Sequence record: MG592456.1
DNA: 64,000 nucleotides
Direction: 5' to 3' (one strand)
The stretch's first letter is position 1; the number at the start of each line of letters is the position of its first letter. A model generated the notes under the pieces. That model saw nothing but the letters and a program-made list of their open reading frames with translations, was not told the DNA's origin and searched no databases. This document shows positions 11,863 to 20,463 of this stretch, piece by piece. The position numbers and the translations under genes are program-made.

Positions 11863-12960
11863 TTAGCAGTCTAGGAATTCTTTCGCAATACGTTCTCGCT
11901 CCATTTTCAGAGCAAGTCCGTATTCGGGTCCCTCTGGTACATCGACTTTCACGTCTCGCGTGAGGTCGACTATACGTGCGATGACTGAACGCTTCGTTCT
12001 GTCAGACATTTGATTGAGTGCAATAGCAAAAACATCACTATTCCCAAACGCACCTAAGTCTTGTAGCTTGTGAACCACACACTGAGAGTAAACGTGCAGC
12101 GATTTAAGCAACATTAGCGTCTCGGCGACCTTACGATACTTCTTTGTAGCCCCATACGTATCAGCGTGTCTACAATGAGAATCGAACACAGCCCATTTTG
12201 ATAATGTTTCGTCATCGTTAAACTCAGCACCTTGCCAGTTGTAGAAGCGCAAGCTCATTAGTTCTTCATTTGTAACCCACGAGCTGAACCCGATGTCACT
12301 CAAAAAACGAAAGTACACAAACGAATCTTTTTCTGTAAGTGCTTTTGTAGTCTCAAGCCATACACGTTCTTTCGGTAAATTGTCAAGCATACCCGCAGCT
12401 ACCATTTCTCGGCATAACGTGATAGTTTCAGGTGCAACTGTGAATCCAAGCGAGTAGTAACGCGCATAGAATCGAGCAACGCGCAGTACACGTAACGGAT
12501 CTTCGGCAAATGCTTTAGTTGTATGACGAAGAATTTTATTATTCAAGTCATCTAATCCACCATGCGGGTCGATGACGTCAACAGTCGAGCCAAACATAAA
12601 CATACCCGCAACGTGCATATTGTCATCAGCAGCGATTGCCATTGAGTTGATAGTCAGATCACGACGAGCTAAATCGTCTTCTAATGTCACACCATCAGTA
12701 GTGAACGTGAAATCTGTTGTTTTGCCGCCTGTACTACGTTCAACACGAGCAAGTGCAACTTCATTGCCTTCTTCATCTAACCACACTGGAAAATCGGCTC
12801 CGATCGGCTCACCGTATTTTGCATTCATGAATGCATGATCGACGCCTGTAACAACATAATCAATGTCTTTCGGGGCTGATGTGTAATGTGGGTTTTTCAT
12901 ATTAGCAAGAATTGAGTCGCGAATTGCCCCACCGACAATGTATTTTGTTTCAACGTTCAT
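11863..12960 (-). CDS. cca: tRNA nucleotidyltransferase (class II CCA-adding enzyme)
   Basis: IVGGAIRD, KDIDYVV, EDDLARRDLTINSMA, DPHGGLDDL, EDPLRVLRVARF; start chosen at ATG 12960 behind a GGAG RBS. Confidence 0.92.
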   Translation of the reverse strand: MNVETKYIVGGAIRDSILANMKNPHYTSAPKDIDYVVTGVDHAFMNAKYGEPIGADFPVWLDEEGNEVALARVERSTGGKTTDFTFTTDGVTLEDDLARRDLTINSMAIAADDNMHVAGMFMFGSTVDVIDPHGGLDDLNNKILRHTTKAFAEDPLRVLRVARFYARYYSLGFTVAPETITLCREMVAAGMLDNLPKERVWLETTKALTEKDSFVYFRFLSDIGFSSWVTNEELMSLRFYNWQGAEFNDDETLSKWAVFDSHCRHADTYGATKKYRKVAETLMLLKSLHVYSQCVVHKLQDLGAFGNSDVFAIALNQMSDRTKRSVIARIVDLTRDVKVDVPEGPEYGLALKMERERIAKEFLDC

Positions 12961-13015
12961 ATATTTCTCCTGTAAAGTGAAATACATTAGAACATGTGCG
13001 CGATAATTTGTCAAA

Positions 13016-13023
13016 TATAAATA
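13016..13023 (+). promoter_or_regulatory. Late promoter TATAAATA for the 13063 operon, back-to-back with a TTGACA sigma70 promoter (minus strand 13009-13014) for cca
   Basis: Exact TATAAATA; divergent TTGACA-17-TCTAAT with extended -10 TG. Confidence 0.65.
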
Positions 13024-13062
13024 CATTCAGAAATAACACTATATTCATTAAAGGGATTCATT

Positions 13063-13611
13063 ATGAGTCAATTGAAAACACACATCGACACGTTAACCAA
13101 AAAAGAATTGGACGCATTCGCGCAGGAATTTTATGGCGTTAATTTAGACCAGCGCAAGTCGAAAGGCGCTATGGCTAAAGTATTAATCGAAGCTGCCGAC
13201 GTTACGGTCCCATTAAAGCAACTCCCATGGGAAGAGCTACTAATTGAAGAAATAAAAGAACTTGAGACCATCGAGCCTGAAGTAATCGAGCCTGAAGTAA
13301 TCGAGCCTGAAGTAATCGTCCCAGAACTCGACCTTACCCAAATCACCGAGCCAGATCTTGCACCCGCACTAGAAGTCGCAGAAGATTTCAAGCCACTGCC
13401 ACAGCCATTTAAGAATGGTGCTAAACGATTCATGGTTGTTCCGATTGACGCAGTAGAGAGTTATCAAAAACTAGCAGCGGGTGATATTGAAATCAGTGCT
13501 GTTTTGGCATCATCACGTCGAGCTGTTGAAAGTATCATCTTCTATGTTGAACGTGACGGTGAGGTGTTGGTTCGCGAATCACGTAATAGCCGTTTCATCA
13601 CACTAAAATAA
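13063..13611 (+). CDS. inh: Inh-like (prohead protease inhibitor) paralog 1
   Basis: N-terminal LTKKELDAFAQEFYGVNLDQRKSK, acidic linker, C-terminal FYVERDGEVLVRESRNSRFITLK resembling the T4 Inh C-terminus. Confidence 0.65.
   Translation: MSQLKTHIDTLTKKELDAFAQEFYGVNLDQRKSKGAMAKVLIEAADVTVPLKQLPWEELLIEEIKELETIEPEVIEPEVIEPEVIVPELDLTQITEPDLAPALEVAEDFKPLPQPFKNGAKRFMVVPIDAVESYQKLAAGDIEISAVLASSRRAVESIIFYVERDGEVLVRESRNSRFITLK
13270..13314 (+). repeat. 3 x 15-bp perfect tandem repeat ATCGAGCCTGAAGTA (IEPEV) in the Inh-like linker
   Basis: Read directly. Confidence 0.95.
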
Positions 13612-13620
13612 GGGAAGACA

Positions 13621-13956
13621 ATGACAACACCTATCAACTCACCTTTCGGTGACCTTACACTTGCGTGTGAGATTAGTGAAGCCGCTGTTGCTGAAGCAAT
13701 AAGCCTTCGCAGTATATACGACAACGTCGAAACCATTCCGTTGAATCACGCAGGTGAGAGCTACGTTATCATCGATCAGCAATCATATCGTGACTTTGCC
13801 GCATCGATTGAAGTCGGTACTATTACTTCAGTTGCCACACTGCCTCAAGAAACAATTGACGTCTTAGCCGGTGCTGTAGATGGGGCAACAACACTGTGCC
13901 GCGAAGCTCGAAACGGCAGATTCTTTCGAATCTCGTGGTCTGTTCCTGTAATATAA
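13621..13956 (+). CDS. Hypothetical protein with an Inh-like C-terminal motif
   Basis: 111 aa; ends TTLCREARNGRFFRISW, echoing VLVRESRNSRFITLK of the upstream gene. Confidence 0.55.
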   Translation: MTTPINSPFGDLTLACEISEAAVAEAISLRSIYDNVETIPLNHAGESYVIIDQQSYRDFAASIEVGTITSVATLPQETIDVLAGAVDGATTLCREARNGRFFRISWSVPVI

Positions 13957-13959
13957 ACC

Positions 13960-13990
13960 AAAAAAAGCCACTCAATCGAGTGGCTTTTTT
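13960..13990. terminator. Bidirectional intrinsic terminator
   Basis: A-run GCCACTC-aatc-GAGTGGC T-run between convergent genes. Confidence 0.85.
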
Positions 13991-14001
13991 GTGTCTGCGA
14001 G

Positions 14002-15186
14002 TTACGCAATTAGCGCGACACGCTGAACAATTGTTTGTTTCACATCGTTGTACTCACTGTGCTCTTTAACAGTTGCTTTCACTGTGACTACGGTCTCAAC
14101 TTCGATAGGATCGAAATCTTTCGTGCTTAGACGCTTAGAGCCGAACCACATAACCATGTTGTTTTCAGCATCACGGAATGTGTGAATGAAAGTGTCACCG
14201 TAAAATCCCTCAACACGAAGTACTTTCTTCAATGTCAATACGAAGTTTTCACGCTTCTTAGGAGTGCCGATGTACTCTGACTCGCCCATTTCCTCTTCTA
14301 GCTTCTTAGCTGCTTTCGCAGCGATGTCTTGCTCTTTAGCCTTGTTGTAAGCGACGATAGCAGCAATAGTGAACCCAACTTGCTTGAACTCGTTGAAATG
14401 CGCTGTAACCGACGCTTTGACGTTGTGAATGAAGTCATTCTTCGGGTCTTGAGCTGCACACCACTCGATAATCTCAACTGCATCAGCTTTCGCGCTGTCA
14501 TAGTTGTGTTTTGCAAGAAGCTCATTACGTGCTTTGCGGTCTTCTTTAGTCAATGAATTAACCATTGACAATACCCAGTGTTTTGTTTCGCCACCCGCTT
14601 TGTAATCGCCAAATTCACGAACGAACAATACTGACCAAGTAACTAGCTCAAGTGGCGACCAACCAGCAAACCCTCTAGAACCACAAGGCTCGTAGTCATC
14701 ACCGAAAGAAGCAATCGACTCGTAAAAATGTGCTAGTGAATCAACATTTTTAGTCGGTAGGTAGTACTTCAAGCAAGATCCACCGACAGGCATTTCTTTA
14801 CCAGTTTCATCATTTTTGATGATGTATGTTACGTTACGCTGACGATTCGAATTACAATGCTCACAAGTAGTGTCGCCTAAAAGATGACGATGATTTGTTT
14901 CGTTCATTGAGCGAACCAAACCAGTTGCGTGATCAAGTTGAGTCAAGAAAGACCAACCGTTGTGCTGTGGGTAAGCACCGTTGATTGTCACGTCAATAAA
15001 GTGAGTGATTCTGTCTTTACCCGTATATGCGTTGTAAGTCTTACGACTCGTTTCTTCACCAAATTCGTGAGTAAGTGCATCAACACCAAGACGCTTTGCA
15101 ATCTTGTTTGCGTTTTCTAAACGCTCAAGGAATGCTGGAATATCAGTAGTCTTGATTTCGTAAGTCGCGTTGATTTCGTTATTCAT
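14002..15186 (-). CDS. Hypothetical early protein with a Cys/His Zn-binding region and a possible C-terminal OB-fold
   Basis: CEHCNSNRQR...VGGSC; C-terminal YIGTPKKRENFVLT...VKATVKEHSEYNDVKQTIVQR beta-rich segment. Confidence 0.55.
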   Translation of the reverse strand: MNNEINATYEIKTTDIPAFLERLENANKIAKRLGVDALTHEFGEETSRKTYNAYTGKDRITHFIDVTINGAYPQHNGWSFLTQLDHATGLVRSMNETNHRHLLGDTTCEHCNSNRQRNVTYIIKNDETGKEMPVGGSCLKYYLPTKNVDSLAHFYESIASFGDDYEPCGSRGFAGWSPLELVTWSVLFVREFGDYKAGGETKHWVLSMVNSLTKEDRKARNELLAKHNYDSAKADAVEIIEWCAAQDPKNDFIHNVKASVTAHFNEFKQVGFTIAAIVAYNKAKEQDIAAKAAKKLEEEMGESEYIGTPKKRENFVLTLKKVLRVEGFYGDTFIHTFRDAENNMVMWFGSKRLSTKDFDPIEVETVVTVKATVKEHSEYNDVKQTIVQRVALIA

Positions 15187-15228
15187 AATATAGCCTCTAG
15201 TAAGTGGTCGAATGTTTTCGATAGAGCT

Positions 15229-15257
15229 ATATTACTGCTTTATGGTGATGAGCGCAA
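15229..15257 (-). promoter_or_regulatory. Sigma70-type early promoter TTGCGC-17-TAATAT with an upstream T-tract
   Basis: 17-bp spacing; followed by the conserved ATCGAAAAC leader. Confidence 0.65.
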
Positions 15258-15282
15258 CCTTTAAACCAAAAAAAATCGCAAA

Positions 15283-15795
15283 TTAATGCGATTCTGATAA
15301 ATTAACTGTTTTCAGCCATTCAGTCCAATTCTTCTTACTACCAATCTTAGTGAACGGTATGTCGTCATTGTCGATCCAAGTCTTCGAACGGTCATAAGCA
15401 CCAGTAACGTCAAATCCATGATAGTCATCACCAACCCAAAGCCACTTGTGGTGCCAAATTGCATTGACTTGACGTGGCTTAGCGACGGCGCCTGTTTGAC
15501 TGTTATACGCAATCATCAATCCAGCGGCTGGTTCTTGAACTAAATCGAATTCTTTCGACTCGTAAAACGCAGTCACGCCCGTCTTGTAGTCAATGCGAAC
15601 AATATTAGCCCTGAACGTTGGATGCTCAATTGATATCGCTGTGCGTGCGAGTGAGCATCGTTCTTTGAACTCTTCTGGGATATAATCGACATGAACGTAT
15701 AGGGAATTAGATATGTCTTTCCCAACTCCCCATTTGCTTCGTTTTATCGCACTACCTTTACGAGTTTTAATAACCGCACGTTCGAAAATAATCAT
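15283..15795 (-). CDS. Hypothetical late protein resembling the accessory (non-methyltransferase) domain of phosphorothioation-associated putative methyltransferases
   Basis: GVGKDISNSLYVH...NIVRI...EFD...EP...IWHHKWLWVGDDY motif order (recognised by eye). Confidence 0.45.
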   Translation of the reverse strand: MIIFERAVIKTRKGSAIKRSKWGVGKDISNSLYVHVDYIPEEFKERCSLARTAISIEHPTFRANIVRIDYKTGVTAFYESKEFDLVQEPAAGLMIAYNSQTGAVAKPRQVNAIWHHKWLWVGDDYHGFDVTGAYDRSKTWIDNDDIPFTKIGSKKNWTEWLKTVNLSESH

Positions 15796-16388
15796 ATTGA
15801 ATGTGACCTTGTGGTGATATTACGAATCATACGACTAGCGTATTCATACTCGCCAATTAGAGCTGACATTGCGGCTTTATCAACGTAGAATGTACTGTCT
15901 TCGATCATGTTTAAATGATTATAAATCTCGCGAAAGTCATGACGATCGTACTCTCTTGCCTGGTTTCTAAGCGCCCCGCCTGCTTTATCATCATCATGCA
16001 CTCGTTTGTATTCGTCAACGACGCGAAGCATTTCAGAGGCGTATTTTTTCATCGCCATGTTATCCATTTTGAGACGTTTCGCTGCCTTTTTGATTTCTTC
16101 GTCAGGTCGCTTCAATTCAATCACGTCCCCTAGCACATTTAAACTGTGAATCGTATCGATTGCAGATTTCTCCATGCGGAGTTTGTGCTGCTCTAGAGAT
16201 TGATTATGCTTACTAAGCTCACCTGATGCTACAGCACCTGCGATAAGACCCGCAAATGCACTCCACCAACCACCTTTAGCTTGCATACGCTTCTTAACTT
16301 CACCCTTTGATCCAGATGTCGCTTTTTTAAATTGAGCCCACTTCCCGCTAATTGATGCGCGATCAGCCTCTGTTAAAAATTCAATCAT
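15792..16388 (-). CDS. Hypothetical late protein, candidate internal head protein
   Basis: Starts MIEFLTEA at ATG 16388 (GGGT RBS); CTAAATA late promoter at 16414-16420 on the minus strand; Gly-rich hydrophobic segment GGWWSAFAGLIAGAVASG. Confidence 0.55.
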   Translation of the reverse strand: MIEFLTEADRASISGKWAQFKKATSGSKGEVKKRMQAKGGWWSAFAGLIAGAVASGELSKHNQSLEQHKLRMEKSAIDTIHSLNVLGDVIELKRPDEEIKKAAKRLKMDNMAMKKYASEMLRVVDEYKRVHDDDKAGGALRNQAREYDRHDFREIYNHLNMIEDSTFYVDKAAMSALIGEYEYASRMIRNITTRSHSI

Positions 16389-16469
16389 GCTTTTACCCCT
16401 TATCTGTTTCATATATTTAGATACAAAAAAGGGCTGGCTAATGCCAACCCTTTAATCTCTCGAATTCGT

Positions 16470-16742
16470 TTAAATGAATTTTTCAATCGGTGATTGCGAC
16501 TCGACGAAGTCAATTCCCTTGAAAATGCAATATGCTTCATGAAAACAGTCTTCCTCACGGTCGACAACAATCTTGACATCATTAAACGTGAACATGATGC
16601 AATCATGTTGCTTAGTTGCCATGTTATACATCGGCTCATGTTGAAATTCTATACCACAAGGCGTTAGCAATACGCGACGAGTTTTTGGTACTTCAACTTG
16701 TGGGACATCGTGCTCGGCAAATGCTTGTTCAAATATATTCAT
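16470..16742 (-). CDS. Hypothetical protein
   Basis: 90 aa ORF with its own sigma70 promoter TAGACA-17-TATGAT (16773-16801, minus strand) and a downstream hairpin terminator at about 16425-16455. Confidence 0.6.
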   Translation of the reverse strand: MNIFEQAFAEHDVPQVEVPKTRRVLLTPCGIEFQHEPMYNMATKQHDCIMFTFNDVKIVVDREEDCFHEAYCIFKGIDFVESQSPIEKFI

Positions 16743-16798
16743 AAAAAGCTCTTAGACTGTTTCGATATAGATATCATAGTCTTTTTTGAGGCGAATGT

Positions 16799-17290
16799 CT
16801 ACCGCTTTCTCCATCTTTTAAGATTATCGTCATATTCGCTATGTTTCCACAAATCAAATACGATGGTACCACTCTGAAACCACCAAACGAGTGAGATTGT
16901 GTCATTCAACTTCGGATCTTTTGGGTTTTTTCCCACATAAAGCTCGGTGCTAGGGTGACTATGATATATTGCCTTTGTGACATGTGTAAATTTATAACCA
17001 CCTTCTGGCTTCCCGAGTTCTTTCGGTGGGTGTAGCTTGCCTTTGTAAGCAACTTCATATACGGTGTTCTTAAACACTATACGCGCAGAATCGATATTAA
17101 ACAGCAAGTTTTGATACTTAGCCGCATTCGGGGCTATCTTCCATTTGAATTTCGGATCCTTTTCTAGCAATTTGTCAATTTCAGGCTCACCCACTAACTT
17201 ACCTAAGTTGTGATTTCCCCATTCCTCATCAAGTGCTAAACTAATCTCAACCCCGAATAGCTGATTTTCATGTTCACTGAACTGAATCAT
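16799..17290 (-). CDS. Hypothetical late protein (weak RelE/YafQ-like C-terminus)
   Basis: 163 aa directly downstream of inh in the same operon; starts MIQFSE. Confidence 0.5.
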   Translation of the reverse strand: MIQFSEHENQLFGVEISLALDEEWGNHNLGKLVGEPEIDKLLEKDPKFKWKIAPNAAKYQNLLFNIDSARIVFKNTVYEVAYKGKLHPPKELGKPEGGYKFTHVTKAIYHSHPSTELYVGKNPKDPKLNDTISLVWWFQSGTIVFDLWKHSEYDDNLKRWRKR

Positions 17291-17292
17291 AA

Positions 17293-17769
17293 TTACCCCA
17301 AAGTAACAAACATATTCTTTGTTGAGTTGTGTATAAGTAACTTACCGTTTCGTTTCACCCAAAACTCAATTGTCTTTAGTACATCAGTGTCACGTCGACC
17401 CAGATGCCACTCAATCAATACAGACTCTGGGAGCGGATGATAACACTCGTCTCCACGACGATAAGTAGGCATCCACAGTGGCTTGAAATCATCTTTTATT
17501 TCAACGACTTCGCTCAGTGTTTGAGCCATTTCAATCACCTCGCGCTTAATCTCATCAGGCGAGTTTTCAAGTTCTACGATTGCATCTAATTCGACAACCA
17601 CAGTTTCAGTGAGTTCTGCTGGCAGCGGTTTAACAGGCGCCTCTTGAAATTCAGATATTTCCGAGATCATTCTGCCTTTAGTCGTGGCACTTAGTTCAAT
17701 GTCGTAATACTCAAGTGCAAATTCAGTGATTTCGCGCTTCGTTAATTTCTTTAGATATTCAGCAATCAT
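17293..17769 (-). CDS. inh: Inh-like paralog 2, at the canonical inh position divergent from uvsW
   Basis: LTKREITEFALEYYDIEL...DDFKPLWMP...IEFWVKRNGKLLIHNSTKNMFVTL; ATGA overlap with the upstream gene. Confidence 0.65.
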   Translation of the reverse strand: MIAEYLKKLTKREITEFALEYYDIELSATTKGRMISEISEFQEAPVKPLPAELTETVVVELDAIVELENSPDEIKREVIEMAQTLSEVVEIKDDFKPLWMPTYRRGDECYHPLPESVLIEWHLGRRDTDVLKTIEFWVKRNGKLLIHNSTKNMFVTLG

Positions 17770-17990
17770 ATTGCCTCCCATTCTACTCTTGTTAAACACA
17801 CCCATACGTTTTCCGTCATATCAACGAAACACACACATTCGGTGTCGATTAAATTCTTTCGTGCTTCTGAATAGTTGTTATTCAGCGCAGGTATCATTTT
17901 TGTATCGAGTGATCCGTTGTAAGTGCGACCGTTCAATTCAAACTTATATAGACCTGCTTTCAGTTTATCTAATAATTCACTTCTTTTCAT
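17766..17990 (-). CDS. Small hypothetical protein (possible Sm/SH3-like WYL_2 domain)
   Basis: ELLDKLKAG...FEL...RTYNGSLD...FVDMTENVWVC pattern. Confidence 0.4.
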   Translation of the reverse strand: MKRSELLDKLKAGLYKFELNGRTYNGSLDTKMIPALNNNYSEARKNLIDTECVCFVDMTENVWVCLTRVEWEAI

Positions 17991-18003
17991 GTTTTCATAC
18001 TCT

Positions 18004-18029
18004 TATAAATACACATATAACATATTTAG
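18004..18029. promoter_or_regulatory. Divergent late promoters (TATAAATA plus strand for uvsW; CTAAATA minus strand for the inh operon)
   Basis: Both motifs lie in the short intergenic gap. Confidence 0.7.
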
Positions 18030-18053
18030 ATGAAATCGCATAGAGAGAAAAAC

Positions 18054-19571
18054 ATGACGGACATTAAAATTGAGTACCATGATGAGAGCTATGCGAGAGT
18101 TGTAGCAGAACCAGCAATCATGCACGAAATGATAGACTACTTCTCATTCCTAACAGACGGGTATAAGTTCAACCCTAAGTTCAAGGCAGGGATTTGGGAC
18201 GGCAAAATTCGATTGATGACATACCAAGGCATGATCCCATATGGGTTAGTTGGGCAATGTCGGTCATTTGCATCAAATATGATGTACACGATTGAAACGG
18301 ACGAGAAACTAGACCCAGTCGAGCGTATAAGTCGTGAAGATTTCGACGCTTGGGTGAAATCACTAGATATTTACTCAGGCAGTACAAAAATCGAGCCACA
18401 TTGGTATCAAGCTGACTCTATTTTCACTGGCATCAATAATCAACATAGCTTGCTTAACTTGCCGACGTCGGCAGGTAAATCTTTGATCCAATCATTGACG
18501 TCTAGGTGGTATCTTGAAAATCACGAGTTGAAAGTGTTGATTATCGTCCCAACGACTGCACTTGTACAACAAATGCGTGATGACTTTTTAGATTATCGCT
18601 TATTTGATCATGACGACATCTATCAGATTCGCGGTGGCGTTGACCGTAATGCAATCGGTGATTGTAGTATTGTAGTTTCAACGTGGCAATCAGCCGTTAA
18701 GCAAGATGCAGAATGGTTCAAGCAGTTTGGTATGTTGATGGTCGATGAATGTCACTTAGCAACGGGCAAGTCGCTCGACGGTATCATCAAGAAGATGACC
18801 AACTGTGAATATAAGCTTGGGTTGACGGGTTCACTTCGAGACGGCAAAGCAAACATTCTGCAATATGTCGGCACATTCGGTGATATTTTCAAACCTGTAT
18901 CGACTGCTCAGTTGATGCAAGAAGGACAAGTCACAGATTTAAAGATCAATTGTCTGATGCTTGAGTACCCGCAACCTCTTAGAGAAGAAATGAAAGGTTG
19001 TTCGTATCCGGAAGAAATGAAATTCCTTCTTGAGAATAAGCACCGCAATCGATATCTGATTAAGTTATCGTATGCTCTGAGCGCTAAGAGAGGCGAGAAC
19101 ACGCTTTTACTGTTCAAGAACATATCACACGGCAAATTGCTTTACGAAGCGCTGTGCAAGATCTACGACCCCGAGAAGGTGTTTTACGTGTCAGGCGAGA
19201 CTAAGACTGATGACCGTACCAAGATTAAGAAACTTGCTGAAGATATTGACGGTGCTATCATCGTTGCGTCATATGGTGTATTCGCAACGGGTATTTCGAT
19301 TAAGAAATTACACAACGTGATTTACGCCCACCCGACAAAATCAAAAATTCTGACGCTTCAGAGCATAGGTCGTGTATTACGTAAGCATGGTAGTAAAGTT
19401 ACCGCGAAATTGTTCGATATCATTGATAATCTAGCAATCAAGCCGAAGCGTAAGAACGCCAAGAAGCCATACACTCATATAAATTACACCATGAATCATG
19501 GTATGGCGCGAATCGAACTTTACAACCAAGAAGAATTTAAGTACTCGGTTAAGAAAGTTGATTTAGCATAG
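18054..19571 (+). CDS. uvsW: UvsW SF2 DNA helicase
   Basis: LPTSAGKS, VDECH, GLTGS, FATGISIKKLHNVI, LQSIGRVLR. Confidence 0.95.
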   Translation: MTDIKIEYHDESYARVVAEPAIMHEMIDYFSFLTDGYKFNPKFKAGIWDGKIRLMTYQGMIPYGLVGQCRSFASNMMYTIETDEKLDPVERISREDFDAWVKSLDIYSGSTKIEPHWYQADSIFTGINNQHSLLNLPTSAGKSLIQSLTSRWYLENHELKVLIIVPTTALVQQMRDDFLDYRLFDHDDIYQIRGGVDRNAIGDCSIVVSTWQSAVKQDAEWFKQFGMLMVDECHLATGKSLDGIIKKMTNCEYKLGLTGSLRDGKANILQYVGTFGDIFKPVSTAQLMQEGQVTDLKINCLMLEYPQPLREEMKGCSYPEEMKFLLENKHRNRYLIKLSYALSAKRGENTLLLFKNISHGKLLYEALCKIYDPEKVFYVSGETKTDDRTKIKKLAEDIDGAIIVASYGVFATGISIKKLHNVIYAHPTKSKILTLQSIGRVLRKHGSKVTAKLFDIIDNLAIKPKRKNAKKPYTHINYTMNHGMARIELYNQEEFKYSVKKVDLA

Positions 19572-19574
19572 ACC

Positions 19575-19602
19575 AAAAAAAAGAGCCGAAAGGCTCTTTT
19601 TT
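19575..19602. terminator. Bidirectional intrinsic terminator
   Basis: A-run GAGCC-gaaa-GGCTC T-run. Confidence 0.85.
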
Positions 19603-19606
19603 GTTT

Positions 19607-19708
19607 TTAGTCGAATATACCTGAGATAATCGCACCCAAGAATTCGATTAATATTTCAAACGGTAGCCACAGCCACTCGAAGAATCCCCGTTTTTTGCGA
19701 TTACTCAT
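19607..19708 (-). CDS. 33-aa membrane peptide (missed by the ORF track)
   Basis: MSNRKKRGFFEWLWLPFEILIEFLGAIISGIFD; last gene of the uvsY operon before the terminator. Confidence 0.55.
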   Translation of the reverse strand: MSNRKKRGFFEWLWLPFEILIEFLGAIISGIFD

Positions 19709-19712
19709 AGGA

Positions 19713-19880
19713 TTAATCGATTAGAAGTTGAGTTTCGTTTAGCTGTTCGCTGCTAGACTCGGTCATTTGCATTTCGGCTAAATGCGATTGACATTGTCCT
19801 GCATGAACAATACCTTGAGGTACGTTGAGGGTAACGTCATCAGCTTTAATTTCTTGTTTACATACTACACATTGTGTCAT
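19713..19880 (-). CDS. uvsY.-2: UvsY.-2 homolog (55 aa)
   Basis: MTQCVVCKQEI...VHAGQC...ESSSEQLNETQLL matches the T4 uvsY.-2 pattern and position. Confidence 0.75.
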   Translation of the reverse strand: MTQCVVCKQEIKADDVTLNVPQGIVHAGQCQSHLAEMQMTESSSEQLNETQLLID

Positions 19881-20044
19881 AGAAAAGTTCCTGTCTTTAT
19901 TACAACTTGAATTAAGTTGTTATTTTCTGCGGTGGCAATTAGTGGCCCGTGAAGTTGCCACCCGTCGTTTAAATATTTAGCAACTTCATTTTCAAGCTCA
20001 TCACGTTCGCGAATATCTTTCATTAAGATTTTGTATTTTGTCAT
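19877..20044 (-). CDS. 55-aa hypothetical protein (DUF1737-like)
   Basis: ELENEVAKYLNDGWQLHGP motif; ATGA coupling to the next gene. Confidence 0.5.
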   Translation of the reverse strand: MTKYKILMKDIRERDELENEVAKYLNDGWQLHGPLIATAENNNLIQVVIKTGTFL

Positions 20045-20046
20045 AA

Positions 20047-20463
20047 TCACAACCCGATTAATTCTTTGAAAATCTTAGTGGCAACGCCACCATCGAATAC
20101 TTTACCCGTACCGCGCAATGCTTGTTGTAGACCACCCATAGCTTTCATGCTATTAGCACCTGATTCCGAAATGAAATCAACAATAATTTCTTTCATTTCT
20201 TCGTCTGTCATTGCTTGCGGGAGTAATTCCGCACATGCACTAGACTCTTGGGTTAATTTCGCAATTAGCTCTTCATCAGTTGCGTGTTCAAGTGCAAGTT
20301 TGTTGCTGTCAATAACACCTTTCAGTGCTTTGATGGCTGCTTGGTCATCATAAATTTGTCGACGATCAAGATCAGCGATAACAACGCCGATGACTGATGA
20401 AATAACTGTGTTTCGTGATTTGCGTGCTGCAAGATGAGCCGCTTTAATTTGGTCGATAATCAT
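20047..20463 (-). CDS. GatB/YqeY-domain protein
   Basis: QIKAAHLAARKSRN...ELLPQAMTDEEMKEII...MKAMGGL...DGGVATKI. Confidence 0.75.
   Translation of the reverse strand: MIIDQIKAAHLAARKSRNTVISSVIGVVIADLDRRQIYDDQAAIKALKGVIDSNKLALEHATDEELIAKLTQESSACAELLPQAMTDEEMKEIIVDFISESGANSMKAMGGLQQALRGTGKVFDGGVATKIFKELIGL

Noticed and set aside
11863-12960. tRNA genes near the CCA-adding enzyme
   Set aside because: No cloverleaf or T-loop/CCA pattern found in the short intergenic gaps
8752-13063. No gp24 vertex or hoc gene after gene 23
   Set aside because: They could lie elsewhere in the genome; absence from this window alone is not informative
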